Origin: an uncultured Chloroflexia bacterium
GTDB lineage: Bacteria; Chloroflexota; Limnocylindria; Limnocylindrales; CSP1-4
Reading direction: 5' to 3'
Assembly (NCBI GenBank): GCA_963746845.1
Contig: CAVVCZ010000005.1
Coordinates: 64,001-128,000 of the forward strand
Length of the DNA stretch: 64,000 nt
The translations under genes were made by a program, and so were the position numbers. Below, in pieces: positions 10,345 through 20,628 of this stretch. The notes beneath the pieces are model-generated. The model had not been told where the DNA came from, made no database searches, and saw only the letters and a program-made list of their open reading frames with translations. Each line of letters opens with the position of its first letter. The first letter of the stretch is position 1.

Positions 10345-11369
10345 GTGCTGACGACGACCGTTCGGACGAGGACCGTCCGTCCGGGACCGCCGGCGACCTG
10401 GACGTCGAGCGGGACTCGGATGTCCCGATCTCCACCCAGATCTACTGGCAGCTCGCCTACCAGATCGACTCCGGCCGGCTGCTGCCCGGTGTCCGTCTCG
10501 CGCCCGTGCGCGAGCTGGGTGCCGCGCTCCGAGTGAACCCCAACACGATCCGGGCGGTCTATCGTCGTTTGGCCGACGCCGGTTACGTCACCAGTCGCCA
10601 CGGCGCCGGCACGCACGTGGCCGTGCGGCCGCCCGGACGGCGCGGTGCGGAGGCGCTTGCGGGGATCGTCGCCGAGATGATCAGGCGCGCAGCCGAGGCG
10701 GGCTTCGACGCCGACGAGGTGGCCTCGGCCGCGTTCGCCGCCGCGAGCGAGCGGAAGCGCCCCGGTCCGAAGGTCCAGGTGCTGTTCGCCGAGTGCACGA
10801 ACGCGGATGCCGGCTACGACGCGCAGCGGCTGGCCGACATCTTTCCCGACCTGGTCGACGTCGAGGGCGCCCTGCTCGACGACCTCCCGGATCGCCTCGA
10901 ACGGTTCCACTACGACCTCGTCGCGACGACGACGTTCCACGCGGACGAGGCCCAGGCACTCGTCCACGGCCGCGTCCCGGTCGTCGCGATGCTCGTCGGG
11001 CCGGGCTACCTGGAGCTCGTCCACGAGATCGCCGCGCTGCCCTCGGGATCGCGGGTGGGGCTCGTCTGCGCCTCGTCACGCGGCACCGAGAACATGTCCG
11101 AGACGCTGGCGCTGTCGGGCGCGACCGGGATCGAGCTGATCTCGGCGACGATGGACAACGATCGCGACCTGGACCTGATCGATCGGACCGCCGACGTGAT
11201 CCTCCTCTCGCGCGAGTCGATCGCGAACGGGCTCGAGTCCCGGTTCGAGCGGCCCGAGCGTCTCCGCCAGTGGTCGTACGAGTTCGATCCCGCGGGGCTC
11301 GAGCTGCTCCGCCGCGGCGTCGAGCACGTCACCGCGACGCGGCGCCGGGAGGCGGTCGCCGCGGGCTGA
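10323..11369 (+). CDS. GntR-family (YtrA-like HTH) regulator with extended C-terminal domain
   Basis: PISTQIYWQLAYQIDSGRLLPGVRLAPVRELGAALRVNPNTIRAVYRRL...GAGTHV. Confidence 0.88.
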   Translation: MSIGQTSSADDDRSDEDRPSGTAGDLDVERDSDVPISTQIYWQLAYQIDSGRLLPGVRLAPVRELGAALRVNPNTIRAVYRRLADAGYVTSRHGAGTHVAVRPPGRRGAEALAGIVAEMIRRAAEAGFDADEVASAAFAAASERKRPGPKVQVLFAECTNADAGYDAQRLADIFPDLVDVEGALLDDLPDRLERFHYDLVATTTFHADEAQALVHGRVPVVAMLVGPGYLELVHEIAALPSGSRVGLVCASSRGTENMSETLALSGATGIELISATMDNDRDLDLIDRTADVILLSRESIANGLESRFERPERLRQWSYEFDPAGLELLRRGVEHVTATRRREAVAAG

Positions 11370-11425
11370 AGGGCGGTCCCGCGGGGCGGCCTCGACGCTG
11401 GACCCCGCGTGCCACACTCGCGACG

Positions 11426-14400
11426 ATGGAACGGATGCCCTTCCTCGGCGCGACGCTCGACCGGCTCGACCTGGAGACCGTCGTCCCGACCGACGGCCCC
11501 CTCCAGCCCACGGCCGCGCGGCGGATCGTCGGCGCGCTCGTCGCCGAGCGACCGTCGGTGGCGCGCCAGCCGCTGCCGGGTGACCTGCTGGCGCTGAGCA
11601 TCCTCCACGAGGCGGCCCACCTCGCGATCCTCGCCGCCGCCCGGCGCCAGCCCGAGGCCGCGATCGGGGCCGCGCTCCCGGCGGTCCGCGAGGCGGTCGG
11701 TCCGCGGCCCACGACGGCGCTCCTCCAGTCGTTCGCCGGCGCGTTCCCGGGCGTCGACCAGACGCCGCCCGCGCGTCTGGAGGACCTCGTCCTCGTCCAT
11801 CTGGCCAACGTCAACCCCGCGGCGGCACCGCTGCGCGAGCTCGTCGACGACCGCGGGCTGCCCGCCACGAGCCTGGCGGCGGCGATCCGCGCCCTGGAGC
11901 GGCACGGGGCCACGCTCGTCATCGGCGACGGCACCCCGGGCGGCGGCGTCCCCCTGCTCGAGCTGCTGCGCGAGCCGGCCCGTCAGTCCCCGGACTCGCT
12001 GAGTGGCCAGCTGCGCTACGTCCGCGACCACTGGGGCTGGCTGCTCGGGTCGGCGCTGGACGATCTCGTCGGGCGGCTCGAGGCGGCGATCGGGATCCTC
12101 GCAGAGGAGCACCACGGCCTGCACCTGCGGTTCGGTGGCGGGGGTGGCGCGGGGGTCGGCGAGGCGCCGTCGTTCACCGGCGCCGAAGCCGAGATCGAGC
12201 GGTTCTCCGAGGATCGCGACTGGATGCCGCGTCTGGTCCTCCTCGCGAAGAGCACGTACGTCTGGCTCGACCAGCTGTCGCGCCGCCACGGTCGCGAGAT
12301 CCGGACCCTGGACGCGATCCCGGACGAGGAGCTGGCGGCCATCGCGGATCGTGGGATCACCGGTCTGTGGCTGATCGGCCTCTGGCAGCGGTCGCGCGCC
12401 TCGGAGCGGATCAAGCGCTGGCGCGGCAACGCGGACGCGGTCGCCTCGGCGTACTCGCTCGACGACTACCGGATCGCCGATGACATCGGCGGCGAGGACG
12501 CCCTGGCCCGGCTGCGCGAGATGGCGTGGCGGCACGGGATCCGCCTCGCGAGCGACATGGTCCCGAACCACATGGGCATCGATTCGCACTGGGTGATCGA
12601 GCACCCGGAGCGGTTCATCCAGGTCGGCGAGCCGCCCTTCCCGGCCTATCGGTTCGAGGGCGCCAACCTCGCGGACGACCCGCGGGTCGAGATCCGGCTC
12701 GAGGACCATTACTGGGACGACACCGACGCCGCGGTCGTCTTCGAGCGCCGGGACACCGTCACCGGCGAGCGCGGCTACCTCTATCACGGCAATGACGGGA
12801 CGAGCTTTCCGTGGAACGACACGGCCCAGCTCGACTTCCTCCAGGCGGACGTCCGCGAGACGGTGATCCGGACGATCCTCGACGTCGCCCGGCGGTTCCC
12901 GGTGATCCGGTTCGACGCCGCGATGGTCCTCGCGAAGAAGCACGTCGAGCGGCTGTGGTACCCCGAGCCCGGTCACGGCGGGGCAATCCCGTCCCGCGCC
13001 GAGCACGCGATCCCGAAGGCCGTCTTCGACCGCCTGATGCCGACCGAGTTCTGGCGCGACGTCGTCGACCGGGTCGCCGCGGATGCACCGGACACGCTCC
13101 TGCTCGCCGAAGCGTTCTGGCTCCTCGAGGGCTACTTCGTCCGGACGCTCGGGATGCACCGCGTCTACAACAGCGCGTTCATGCACATGATCCGGGACGA
13201 GGACAACGCGGGCTACCGCAAGGTGATCCGCGAGACGGTCGAGTTCGATCCGGCCATCCTCGGGCGCTACGTGAACTTCCTCACGAACCCGGACGAGGAG
13301 ACGGCGATCGAGCAGTTCGGGACGGGCGACAAGTACTTCGGCGCTGCCACGCTGCTCGCGACGCTGCCCGGTCTGCCGATGATCGGGCACGGCCAGCTCG
13401 AAGGGTTCACCGAGAAGTACGGCATGGAGTTCCAGCGCGCCCGGCTGGACGAGCAGCCGAACGAAGGGCTCCAGAGGCATTTCGACGCCCAGCTCGTGCC
13501 GATCCTCCGCGAGCGGCGGCGGTACGCGGGCTCGGCCGACTTCCGGCTGTACGACGTCGTGGCGGATGGCGGCGGCGTGATCGAGGACGTCTTCGCCTAC
13601 TCGAACGGACGTGGCCCGGATCGCTCGATCGTCGCGTATCACAACCGGTTCGCCTCGGCGGGTGGCTGGATCCGGGATTCGGTCCCGTTCGCCGAGAAGC
13701 ACGGCGACGGGTCGAAGACGCTCCGACGCGACACGCTGGCCGGGGCGCTCGGGCTGGCGGGCCCCGACGACGGCTGGCTGCGGCTCCGGGATCGACGATC
13801 AGCCCGGGAGACCCTCCGGTCCGTTGGCGAGATCCGCTCGCGCGGCCTGTTCATCGGGCTCGAGGCCTACGGCTGCGTCGTGATCGATCGGCTCGCCGAG
13901 GTGTCATCGACGGCGGACGAGCCGTGGGCGGCCCTGGCCGCCGAGCTCGGCGATGCCTGGATCCCGTCGCTCGACGAGGCGCTCGCCGATCTCCGACTCC
14001 GGCCGATCCACGACCGCGTGAGCGCGGCGCTCGCATCGCGGGGCACGGCCCTCGTCGATCCGGCCGGTGCCGCCCTCCGGTTGGGCGAGGCGGTCGACGG
14101 CCTCGACCGGCGCGGGTTCGACGAGCTCCGCCTGGCGGGTCCGCTCGGCCGGGCCGGGTTGGACGCCGGCGCGATCGCCCGGACCCGGCTGGCGGTGGGT
14201 CTCGCTCATCCGGCGACCGTTCGCCCGCCCGGCGCCCTGGCCGAAGCCTGGCTCGGCGACCCCGACGTGGCGGCGTTCCTCGAGGTCCACGGCTGGGAGG
14301 GGCACACGTTCCTGAGCCGCGAGCGCTGGGAGGAGCTCCTCGATCTCGCCGCCGCGCTGGACGGGGCCGGCGGCGCGACGCGACGTGCCCCGGCGATCGG

Positions 14401-14515
14401 ACGCCTGCGGTCCGCCGCGGCATCGGCCGGCTACGACGTGGACCGGCTCCGAGCGACGCTCGCGGTCCCGGCGAAGGCGGTCCCGGCGAAGGCCGCGCCG
14501 GCGCGTCGCCGCTGA
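11426..14515 (+). CDS. Large GH13 alpha-amylase-family glycosyl hydrolase
   Basis: DMVPNH, IRFDAAM, LLAEAFW, FLTNPDE, LPGLPMIGHGQLEG. Confidence 0.88.
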   Translation: MERMPFLGATLDRLDLETVVPTDGPLQPTAARRIVGALVAERPSVARQPLPGDLLALSILHEAAHLAILAAARRQPEAAIGAALPAVREAVGPRPTTALLQSFAGAFPGVDQTPPARLEDLVLVHLANVNPAAAPLRELVDDRGLPATSLAAAIRALERHGATLVIGDGTPGGGVPLLELLREPARQSPDSLSGQLRYVRDHWGWLLGSALDDLVGRLEAAIGILAEEHHGLHLRFGGGGGAGVGEAPSFTGAEAEIERFSEDRDWMPRLVLLAKSTYVWLDQLSRRHGREIRTLDAIPDEELAAIADRGITGLWLIGLWQRSRASERIKRWRGNADAVASAYSLDDYRIADDIGGEDALARLREMAWRHGIRLASDMVPNHMGIDSHWVIEHPERFIQVGEPPFPAYRFEGANLADDPRVEIRLEDHYWDDTDAAVVFERRDTVTGERGYLYHGNDGTSFPWNDTAQLDFLQADVRETVIRTILDVARRFPVIRFDAAMVLAKKHVERLWYPEPGHGGAIPSRAEHAIPKAVFDRLMPTEFWRDVVDRVAADAPDTLLLAEAFWLLEGYFVRTLGMHRVYNSAFMHMIRDEDNAGYRKVIRETVEFDPAILGRYVNFLTNPDEETAIEQFGTGDKYFGAATLLATLPGLPMIGHGQLEGFTEKYGMEFQRARLDEQPNEGLQRHFDAQLVPILRERRRYAGSADFRLYDVVADGGGVIEDVFAYSNGRGPDRSIVAYHNRFASAGGWIRDSVPFAEKHGDGSKTLRRDTLAGALGLAGPDDGWLRLRDRRSARETLRSVGEIRSRGLFIGLEAYGCVVIDRLAEVSSTADEPWAALAAELGDAWIPSLDEALADLRLRPIHDRVSAALASRGTALVDPAGAALRLGEAVDGLDRRGFDELRLAGPLGRAGLDAGAIARTRLAVGLAHPATVRPPGALAEAWLGDPDVAAFLEVHGWEGHTFLSRERWEELLDLAAALDGAGGATRRAPAIGRLRSAAASAGYDVDRLRATLAVPAKAVPAKAAPARRR

Positions 14516-14522
14516 GCCGGCC

Positions 14523-16280
14523 TCAGTCGAGGAGCAGCCGCCGGAGGAGCGGCATCGGCGGCGCCCCGTGGGACAGGCACGCCTCGAGGTGCCGTCGGTA
14601 GTCGAAGCCGGGCGTCTTGCCGTAGTCGCCGACGACCCGCGGTCTCGGCACGGCGTCCGCTCGCGCTCCCGTCGCGCTCGCGGCGCGTCGGCGCGCCTCG
14701 TCCTCGAGGTCCCAGAACGCGATCGAGCCGACGAAATACGTCGAGAGCTGGGTGGAGGTGAGCCGGGCCCGGTCGTACTTCGCGCGGGCCTCGGCCTCCT
14801 CCTGGAACCCGCCCGCGACCATCAGCTCGACCGCTTCGTCCTCGGTCATGCCCGCGGTGTGGATTCCGGCGTCGATCAACGCGTTGACGACGCACCGGAG
14901 GTAGTACTTCCAATGGCAGAGCAGGAGGGCCGGGTCGGTCGCGGCGTAGCCCGCGTCCATCATCACCTGGGTCACATAGACGGCCCAGCCCTCGTTGTAG
15001 ACGCCGCTGCGGAAGATCGCCCTCGTCGGCGATGCGCCCCGGTTCGCGTAGACGCCCTGCAGGTAGTGCCCCGGCACGGCCTCGTGGATCGTCAGCACCT
15101 GGAGCATCCGGTCGTTGTTCTCGCGCAGGCGGGACTCGACCTGGTCGGGGGTGGCGCGCTCGTCGATCGGGGTGATGAAGAACATCGAGGTGAGGCCCGC
15201 GTCGAGCGGGCCCGGTGCGCTGAGCATCGCCGCCCCGAACGCCCGCAGGAAGACGGGCGTCCAGCGGATCTCGAGCGGTTCGTCGGCCAGCCCGATGAGC
15301 CCGCGCTCGCGGCAGAACGCCTCGATCCGGCCGACCTCCGCCCGGCAGAAGTCGAGCAGCCCATCGCGCTCCGGATGCCGGATGGCGATCGCATCCCAGA
15401 CGGCCCGGACCACGTCGACGTCGTCGTCCGGGACCGGCCGGTCGCCGAGCCACGCCGGGGCAATCGCGCGAGCGATCCGGACCATCTCGGCACGAACGGC
15501 ACCGAACTCGTGCTCGGCCCGCTCGCGGATCCGGTCCGTGGTGACGGACTCGTCGCGCATCGTCACGGCCAGCTTCGCCGCGAACAGCTCCGGGCCGAGC
15601 CGCCCTTCGCCCGCCGAGGCCGGGAGGACGACGTCGCGCAGGTGGCGCTCCATCCCGTCCAATGACGCGGTCGCGTCCGCGCGTGCAGCCCGCAGCCGAG
15701 GCAGGACGGCGGCGACCTCCGCGTCGCCCGCCGCGACGGCCGCCTCGCCGGTCTCGATCGCTTCGTCGACGATCGAGATCAGGCCGGGCCACTGCTCGAG
15801 CGCTTTCTCGGTGTGCAACCGGTCGACCGGCCGGCCGTCGACACCGACCAGCGCCGCGCGGGCGGCGTCCACGACCCACGACAGGCCCTCGGCCCGGGAC
15901 GCGATCGACGCGAGCCGGTCCGCCAATGGCGCGAACTCGCGTGCCAGGAGGCCGAAGAAGCCCTCCCCGATCACGTAGACCCACCAGATCGGGCTCCACG
16001 CCTCCTCGCGGAGGACCATGTCGCCGAAGCGCTGAGCGGCCAGCTCGCCGAGGAGCAGGTCGCGGTCGATCCGTTCGTCGGCGGTGAGCCCGGCGTCCTC
16101 GACGGCGCCGAACGCGGACGTCCACGCGTCCACGAAGGCGAGACGGGCCGCGCGCCCGGCCTCCGACAGGTCCGGCCAGGCGCCGTCGTGGGCGTGGTTG
16201 CCCATCGCCGTCGCGAACACGGGATCGAGGGCGAACGTCGCGTCGAGGAAGGCGTCGACGCGCGCGGCGAACTCGCTCAA
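14523..16280 (-). CDS. DUF885 domain protein (HExxPGH metallopeptidase-like)
   Basis: HEAVPGHYLQ, YNEGWAVY, QLSTYFVG; TTG 16280 with GGAG RBS and TAGACT -10 upstream (track start 16325). Confidence 0.85.
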   Translation of the reverse strand: MSEFAARVDAFLDATFALDPVFATAMGNHAHDGAWPDLSEAGRAARLAFVDAWTSAFGAVEDAGLTADERIDRDLLLGELAAQRFGDMVLREEAWSPIWWVYVIGEGFFGLLAREFAPLADRLASIASRAEGLSWVVDAARAALVGVDGRPVDRLHTEKALEQWPGLISIVDEAIETGEAAVAAGDAEVAAVLPRLRAARADATASLDGMERHLRDVVLPASAGEGRLGPELFAAKLAVTMRDESVTTDRIRERAEHEFGAVRAEMVRIARAIAPAWLGDRPVPDDDVDVVRAVWDAIAIRHPERDGLLDFCRAEVGRIEAFCRERGLIGLADEPLEIRWTPVFLRAFGAAMLSAPGPLDAGLTSMFFITPIDERATPDQVESRLRENNDRMLQVLTIHEAVPGHYLQGVYANRGASPTRAIFRSGVYNEGWAVYVTQVMMDAGYAATDPALLLCHWKYYLRCVVNALIDAGIHTAGMTEDEAVELMVAGGFQEEAEARAKYDRARLTSTQLSTYFVGSIAFWDLEDEARRRAASATGARADAVPRPRVVGDYGKTPGFDYRRHLEACLSHGAPPMPLLRRLLLD

Positions 16281-16342
16281 GGCCGGCTCCGCTGTGGGTG
16301 GCCCGAGTCTAGCGGCCGCCGGCACCCGCTACCATCGGGCGC

Positions 16343-16942
16343 ATGACCGTCGCACCGGATCGCGTCGAGCCCGTCAGGCTCCAGGGCCGGATCGTCCGGC
16401 TCGAGCCGCTCGAGCTCGAGCACATCCCGCAGCTCGCCGAGGTCGCCCTCGACCCGGCGATCTGGCGCTGGACGATCGCCCGCCCGACGACCGAGGCGGA
16501 TCTCCGCGTGTGGGCCGAGACCGCGCTCCGGGCACGCGACGCCGGCACGGAGTTGCCGTTCGTGACCCTCGAGGCGTCGACCGGCCGCCCGATCGGCAGC
16601 AGTCGGTACATGAACATCGTCCTCGAGCACCGCCGGCTGGAGATCGGCTGGACGTGGGTCGCGCCGCCGTGGCAGCGATCGGGCGCGAACCGCGAGGCGA
16701 AGCTGCTGATGCTGACCCACGCGTTCGAGGCCCTCGGCTGCCGACGCGTTGAGTTCAAGACCGACTCGAACAACGAACCCTCGCGGACCGCGCTGCTCGG
16801 GATCGGGGCGACGTTCGAGGGGATCTTCCGCAAGCACATGGTCATGCCCGGCGACGGCGTCCGGCACTCGGCCTGGTACAGCGTGATCGACGACGACTGG
16901 CCGGCGGTCCGGGCTCACCTCGAGGATCGGCTTCGTCGCTGA
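16343..16942 (+). CDS. GNAT (RimJ/RimL-type) N-acetyltransferase
   Basis: LEIGWTW, NREAKLLMLTHAFEALGCRRVEFKTD, EGIFRKH. Confidence 0.9.
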   Translation: MTVAPDRVEPVRLQGRIVRLEPLELEHIPQLAEVALDPAIWRWTIARPTTEADLRVWAETALRARDAGTELPFVTLEASTGRPIGSSRYMNIVLEHRRLEIGWTWVAPPWQRSGANREAKLLMLTHAFEALGCRRVEFKTDSNNEPSRTALLGIGATFEGIFRKHMVMPGDGVRHSAWYSVIDDDWPAVRAHLEDRLRR

Positions 16943-17003
16943 GGGCCGATCTGCGATCATCGACGCGGGGTTCGACGACGACAGCGCGGAGTGGAGGCGC
17001 CGG

Positions 17004-17387
17004 ATGAAGGGTTTCGTCATCGGGACGATCGTGACGGCGATCGCGTTCGCCGCCGTGGTCAAGTTCGTGCCTCACATCACGTTCGACGGCCAGGTCACGA
17101 CCCTGATCGCCCTCTCGCTCATCGCGGGCGTGGTGAACGGCCTGATCAAGCCGATCGTCCGTCTGCTGGCGCTCCCGATCCGGATGATGACCCTGGGCCT
17201 GATCGGCTTCGTGATCAACGCGGGCTTGCTGCTCTTCATCGCGTGGATCGCCGGCAAGCTGGAGATCAAGTTCGCGATCGCCGGGTTCCCGCCGGACTTC
17301 ACGATCGACGCCGTCGTCTGGGCCGTCGTCGCGTCGATCGTCCTGAGCGTCACGAGCACCGCCGTCGGGCTCCTCGTCCACGACTGA
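17004..17387 (+). CDS. 4-TM 'phage holin family' (YvlD/DUF360-like) membrane protein
   Basis: GVVNGLIKPIVRLLALPIRMMTLGLIGFVINA signature. Confidence 0.85.
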   Translation: MKGFVIGTIVTAIAFAAVVKFVPHITFDGQVTTLIALSLIAGVVNGLIKPIVRLLALPIRMMTLGLIGFVINAGLLLFIAWIAGKLEIKFAIAGFPPDFTIDAVVWAVVASIVLSVTSTAVGLLVHD

Positions 17388-17391
17388 TCCG

Positions 17392-18702
17392 GTGGACCGT
17401 CTGGCGGGGATCGCGGACGCGCTGCGGTCGGCGGCCCGCCGGCACGGGACGCCGCTCTACGTCACCGACGCGGCGACGATCGACGCCGCGGCAGAAGAGC
17501 TCGCGACGGCGTTCCCCGATCCGTGGATCCGCCAGTACTCCGTCAAGGCGAACGACGTCGCGGCGGTCGTCGCCCTCGTCACCGGCGGCGAGCCCGGCCG
17601 GGATCCCGGCGCCGCGATCGGCGCCAACGTCGTGTCGCGTGGCGAATGGGCGGTGGCCCGGGCGGCCGGTGTCCCGAACGCGCGGATCACGTTCGAGGGC
17701 GTCGGCAAGACGGATTCGGACCTGGCCGCGGCGACCCGGGCGACGGCCGACGGCGACCCCCCGCTGTGGCTGGCGATCGAGTCGGCCGACGAGGCCGCGG
17801 CGCTGATCGAGCGGGCTCGCCGAGCCGGCCTCGGCGCCGGCGGTCGCCCGGCGCTCGACGTCCTGTTCCGGCTCAACCCGGACGTCGCGCCCGAGACGCA
17901 GGCCGTCCTCGCGGTCGGCAGCGGCGGCTCGAAATTCGGGATGACCGAGACCGAGCTGAGCGCGACGGTGGAGCGGCTCGCCGGAGCGGGGCCCGGCCTC
18001 CGCCCACGGGGGATCCACCTGCATGTCGGCTCGCAGCTCGGGGCGGTGGATGCGTGGCGGGACGCGGTCCGTCGCGGGCTGGCGGTGCTGGGTCTGCTCC
18101 GCGGCTCCCTGCCCGACTTCGACACCCTCGACGTCGGCGGCGGCTTCGCGGTCCCCCCGTTCGACGAGCCTGGACCGTCCCCGGAGCGGTTCGGCCGTGA
18201 GCTGCCCGCCCTCCTCGAGACGATCCCGCCCGACCGCCGGCCGGGCCGGTTCGCGATCGAGCCCGGACGGTTCCTGGTCGCCCGAGCGGGCTGGCTGGTC
18301 GCGAGCGTGCTCCACGTCCGCGACCGGGGCGGGCCGCAGGTCGTGCTCGACACGGGAATGACGGAGATCATCCGGCCCGCCCTGTACGGCGGCCGCCACC
18401 CGATCGTCGCCCTCACATCCCTCGGTGAGCCCGTCGAGCCCCAGGCGTCGTCCGCGGTGTCGCCGTCCGCCGAGGAAGCTGTGCTCCACGGCCCGATCTG
18501 CGAGTCGACCGACGAGCTCGGCGATCACCGGTTGCCGCCGCTCCGACGGGGCGATCTGGTCGTGATCCGGGACGCGGGGGCGTACGCGGCGAGCCTTTCG
18601 TCGACCTACAACGGCCGGCCGCGACCGCCGCAGGTGATCCTGGCAACGGACGGCCGGCCGGTCCTGGCGCGCCGTCGTGGGTCGACGGCGCGCCTCGGCT
18701 GA
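17392..18702 (+). CDS. lysA: Diaminopimelate decarboxylase-like PLP enzyme (fold type III)
   Basis: GTPLYV, YSVKAN (PLP Lys), SKFG, HVGSQ, DVGGG, IEPGR, GPICESTD, DAGAY, STYNGRPRP. Confidence 0.75.
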   Translation: MDRLAGIADALRSAARRHGTPLYVTDAATIDAAAEELATAFPDPWIRQYSVKANDVAAVVALVTGGEPGRDPGAAIGANVVSRGEWAVARAAGVPNARITFEGVGKTDSDLAAATRATADGDPPLWLAIESADEAAALIERARRAGLGAGGRPALDVLFRLNPDVAPETQAVLAVGSGGSKFGMTETELSATVERLAGAGPGLRPRGIHLHVGSQLGAVDAWRDAVRRGLAVLGLLRGSLPDFDTLDVGGGFAVPPFDEPGPSPERFGRELPALLETIPPDRRPGRFAIEPGRFLVARAGWLVASVLHVRDRGGPQVVLDTGMTEIIRPALYGGRHPIVALTSLGEPVEPQASSAVSPSAEEAVLHGPICESTDELGDHRLPPLRRGDLVVIRDAGAYAASLSSTYNGRPRPPQVILATDGRPVLARRRGSTARLG

Positions 18703-18704
18703 GG

Positions 18705-19496
18705 CTACTTCCAGCGGGTGAGGATCGTCTCCCGGCCGAACAGCCGGGCCGCGACGCGCAGCCCGACCAGCCCGACGATCGTGACCACGCCCGCCGCGGC
18801 GAGGTACTGGCGGGCGGCCAGCAGCTGGCCGGACGACAGCTGGATGACCATGAACCCGACGAGCGGGAGCACGATCACGGTCCCGATCTGCTGGGCCGAG
18901 CGCGGATCGCCGACCCGCGAGCTGATCGCGACCCCGGCCACCACGGACACGAGCCCGATCGCGGGCCCGAGCGCGAACACGGTCACGAGCCAGGTCGGGT
19001 CGACGACGATCCTCGCCAGCTCCGGCCCGAGCACGACCCCCGAGATCAGGATCAGCGCTCCGTAGGCCAGCCACACCGTGCCGACCGCCGGGACGATCGC
19101 GGCGATCGCCTTGCCCGTCAGGAGCTCCTCGGTCGAGATCGGGGCGGCGATCACGGCCTCCAGGCTGCGGGTCTGCTTCTCGCCGACGATCGAGTAGGAC
19201 GCGATCGCCAACGGGATCGTCGCCGGCATCAGCAGGAAGAACACCATCATCTGCTGCAGGCCGAACGCGTCGGCGATCTGCTTCGGGTTGAAGGCGGCCC
19301 ATTCGGGCCGGCTCGCGATGACGTTCTGGATGACCTGCGGCGGCAGGTCGGTCTTCGTGCCGAACGACGTCACGAGGATCGGCAGGCTCACGAGCAGCAC
19401 GGGCGGAACGACGATCGCGGCGAGGAGCGTCCGGTTCCGGACGATCTCGAGGAGCTCGCGGCGAACGACGGCCGTGACGATGGAGGGGCGGATCAC
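18705..19496 (-). CDS. ABC-2 type exporter permease
   Basis: 6 TM segments; SIVGEKQTRSLEAVIAAPIS. Confidence 0.85.
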   Translation of the reverse strand: MIRPSIVTAVVRRELLEIVRNRTLLAAIVVPPVLLVSLPILVTSFGTKTDLPPQVIQNVIASRPEWAAFNPKQIADAFGLQQMMVFFLLMPATIPLAIASYSIVGEKQTRSLEAVIAAPISTEELLTGKAIAAIVPAVGTVWLAYGALILISGVVLGPELARIVVDPTWLVTVFALGPAIGLVSVVAGVAISSRVGDPRSAQQIGTVIVLPLVGFMVIQLSSGQLLAARQYLAAAGVVTIVGLVGLRVAARLFGRETILTRWK

Positions 19497-20467
19497 GAGG
19501 GGGCTCCGGTGGTGGCGGGCGCGATGCCCATGACGTCGAAGTAGACGGATTCGAGGCTGGGAGCCTCGGATCGGATGCCGAGGATCGCGGCGCCCCGCCC
19601 GACGAGGAGGCGGGCGAGCTCCGGCGTGGCGTGGTCCGGGTCGGCGACGCGGACACGCAACGAGCGGTCGTCGACCGCCAGGTCGCGGACGAACGCCCGG
19701 TCCCGGACGGCGGCGACGAGGTCGGCCTCGGGTGCCGAGGCGAGGTCGGCCACGACGACGGGCTCGGCGGCCGCGGCCTGCAGCCGGGCCGGGCTGTCCA
19801 CGCGCAGCAGCCGTCCGCGGATGAACCCGACACGGTCCGCGAGGCGCTGGACCTCGTCGAGGTTGTGGCTGGCGAGGATGATCGTCCGGCCCTCGCGCTT
19901 GAGGGTCGCCATCGCGTCGCGGACGATGTGGGCCGCCTCGGGATCAAGACCGGAGGTCGGCTCGTCGAGGAACAGCACCTTCGGCTCGTGGAGCAGCGCG
20001 CGGGCGATCGCCAGCTTCTGCTTCATCCCCTTGCTGAACGCGCCGACGCGATCGTGGCGTCGGTCGTCGAGACCGAAGAGGTGGAGGAGCTCGCCGATCC
20101 GGCGGGCGCGCTCGGCGGCGGGGATGCCATGGAGTCGGCCGAAGAAGTCGAGGTTCTCGTCGGCGCTGAGCCGCTCGTAGAGCGACGGCGTCTCGGTCAG
20201 CAGGCCGACCCGGCGCCGGACCTCCCCGGGATCGGCGGCAACGTCGATCCCGTCGAGCCAGGCGTTGCCGGCCGACGGGCCGATGAGGGCGGTCAGCATC
20301 CGGACGGTCGTGGTCTTGCCGGCGCCGTTGGGTCCGAGCAGGGCGAAGACCTCGCCCGGTGCGAGCTCGAGGTCGAGGTCCCGGATCGCCCACTGGTCGC
20401 CGAACCGGCGACCGAGGCCGACGGCGCGGACCATCGGGCGGTCCGTGATGGTGATCGGGAGAGGCAT
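19493..20467 (-). CDS. ABC transporter ATP-binding protein
   Basis: GPNGAGKTT, FSKGMKQK, FLDEPTSGLD; start approximate. Confidence 0.92.
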   Translation of the reverse strand: MPLPITITDRPMVRAVGLGRRFGDQWAIRDLDLELAPGEVFALLGPNGAGKTTTVRMLTALIGPSAGNAWLDGIDVAADPGEVRRRVGLLTETPSLYERLSADENLDFFGRLHGIPAAERARRIGELLHLFGLDDRRHDRVGAFSKGMKQKLAIARALLHEPKVLFLDEPTSGLDPEAAHIVRDAMATLKREGRTIILASHNLDEVQRLADRVGFIRGRLLRVDSPARLQAAAAEPVVVADLASAPEADLVAAVRDRAFVRDLAVDDRSLRVRVADPDHATPELARLLVGRGAAILGIRSEAPSLESVYFDVMGIAPATTGAPS

Positions 20468-20628
20468 GGGATCCGGAGCTCCTGGGTGCGCTGCCGGCGG
20501 TAGTCGCCGGTCTGGCCGGATCGTGGTCCACGCGCGCTCGCGCGCCATCGGGCCGTGGTCGGAACCTGGCCTCCCCCGCGCGGCGGATCGTGGGACGTCG
20601 ACTCCCCCTCGAGACGGAGCCGCCCCGG

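Noticed and set aside
14462-14493. 15-bp tandem repeat at the GH13 3' end
   Set aside because: Encodes a low-complexity tail (AVPAKAVPAKA).
17004-17387. Prophage implied by 'phage holin family' protein
   Set aside because: This 4-TM family is a common chromosomal membrane protein; no phage genes nearby.
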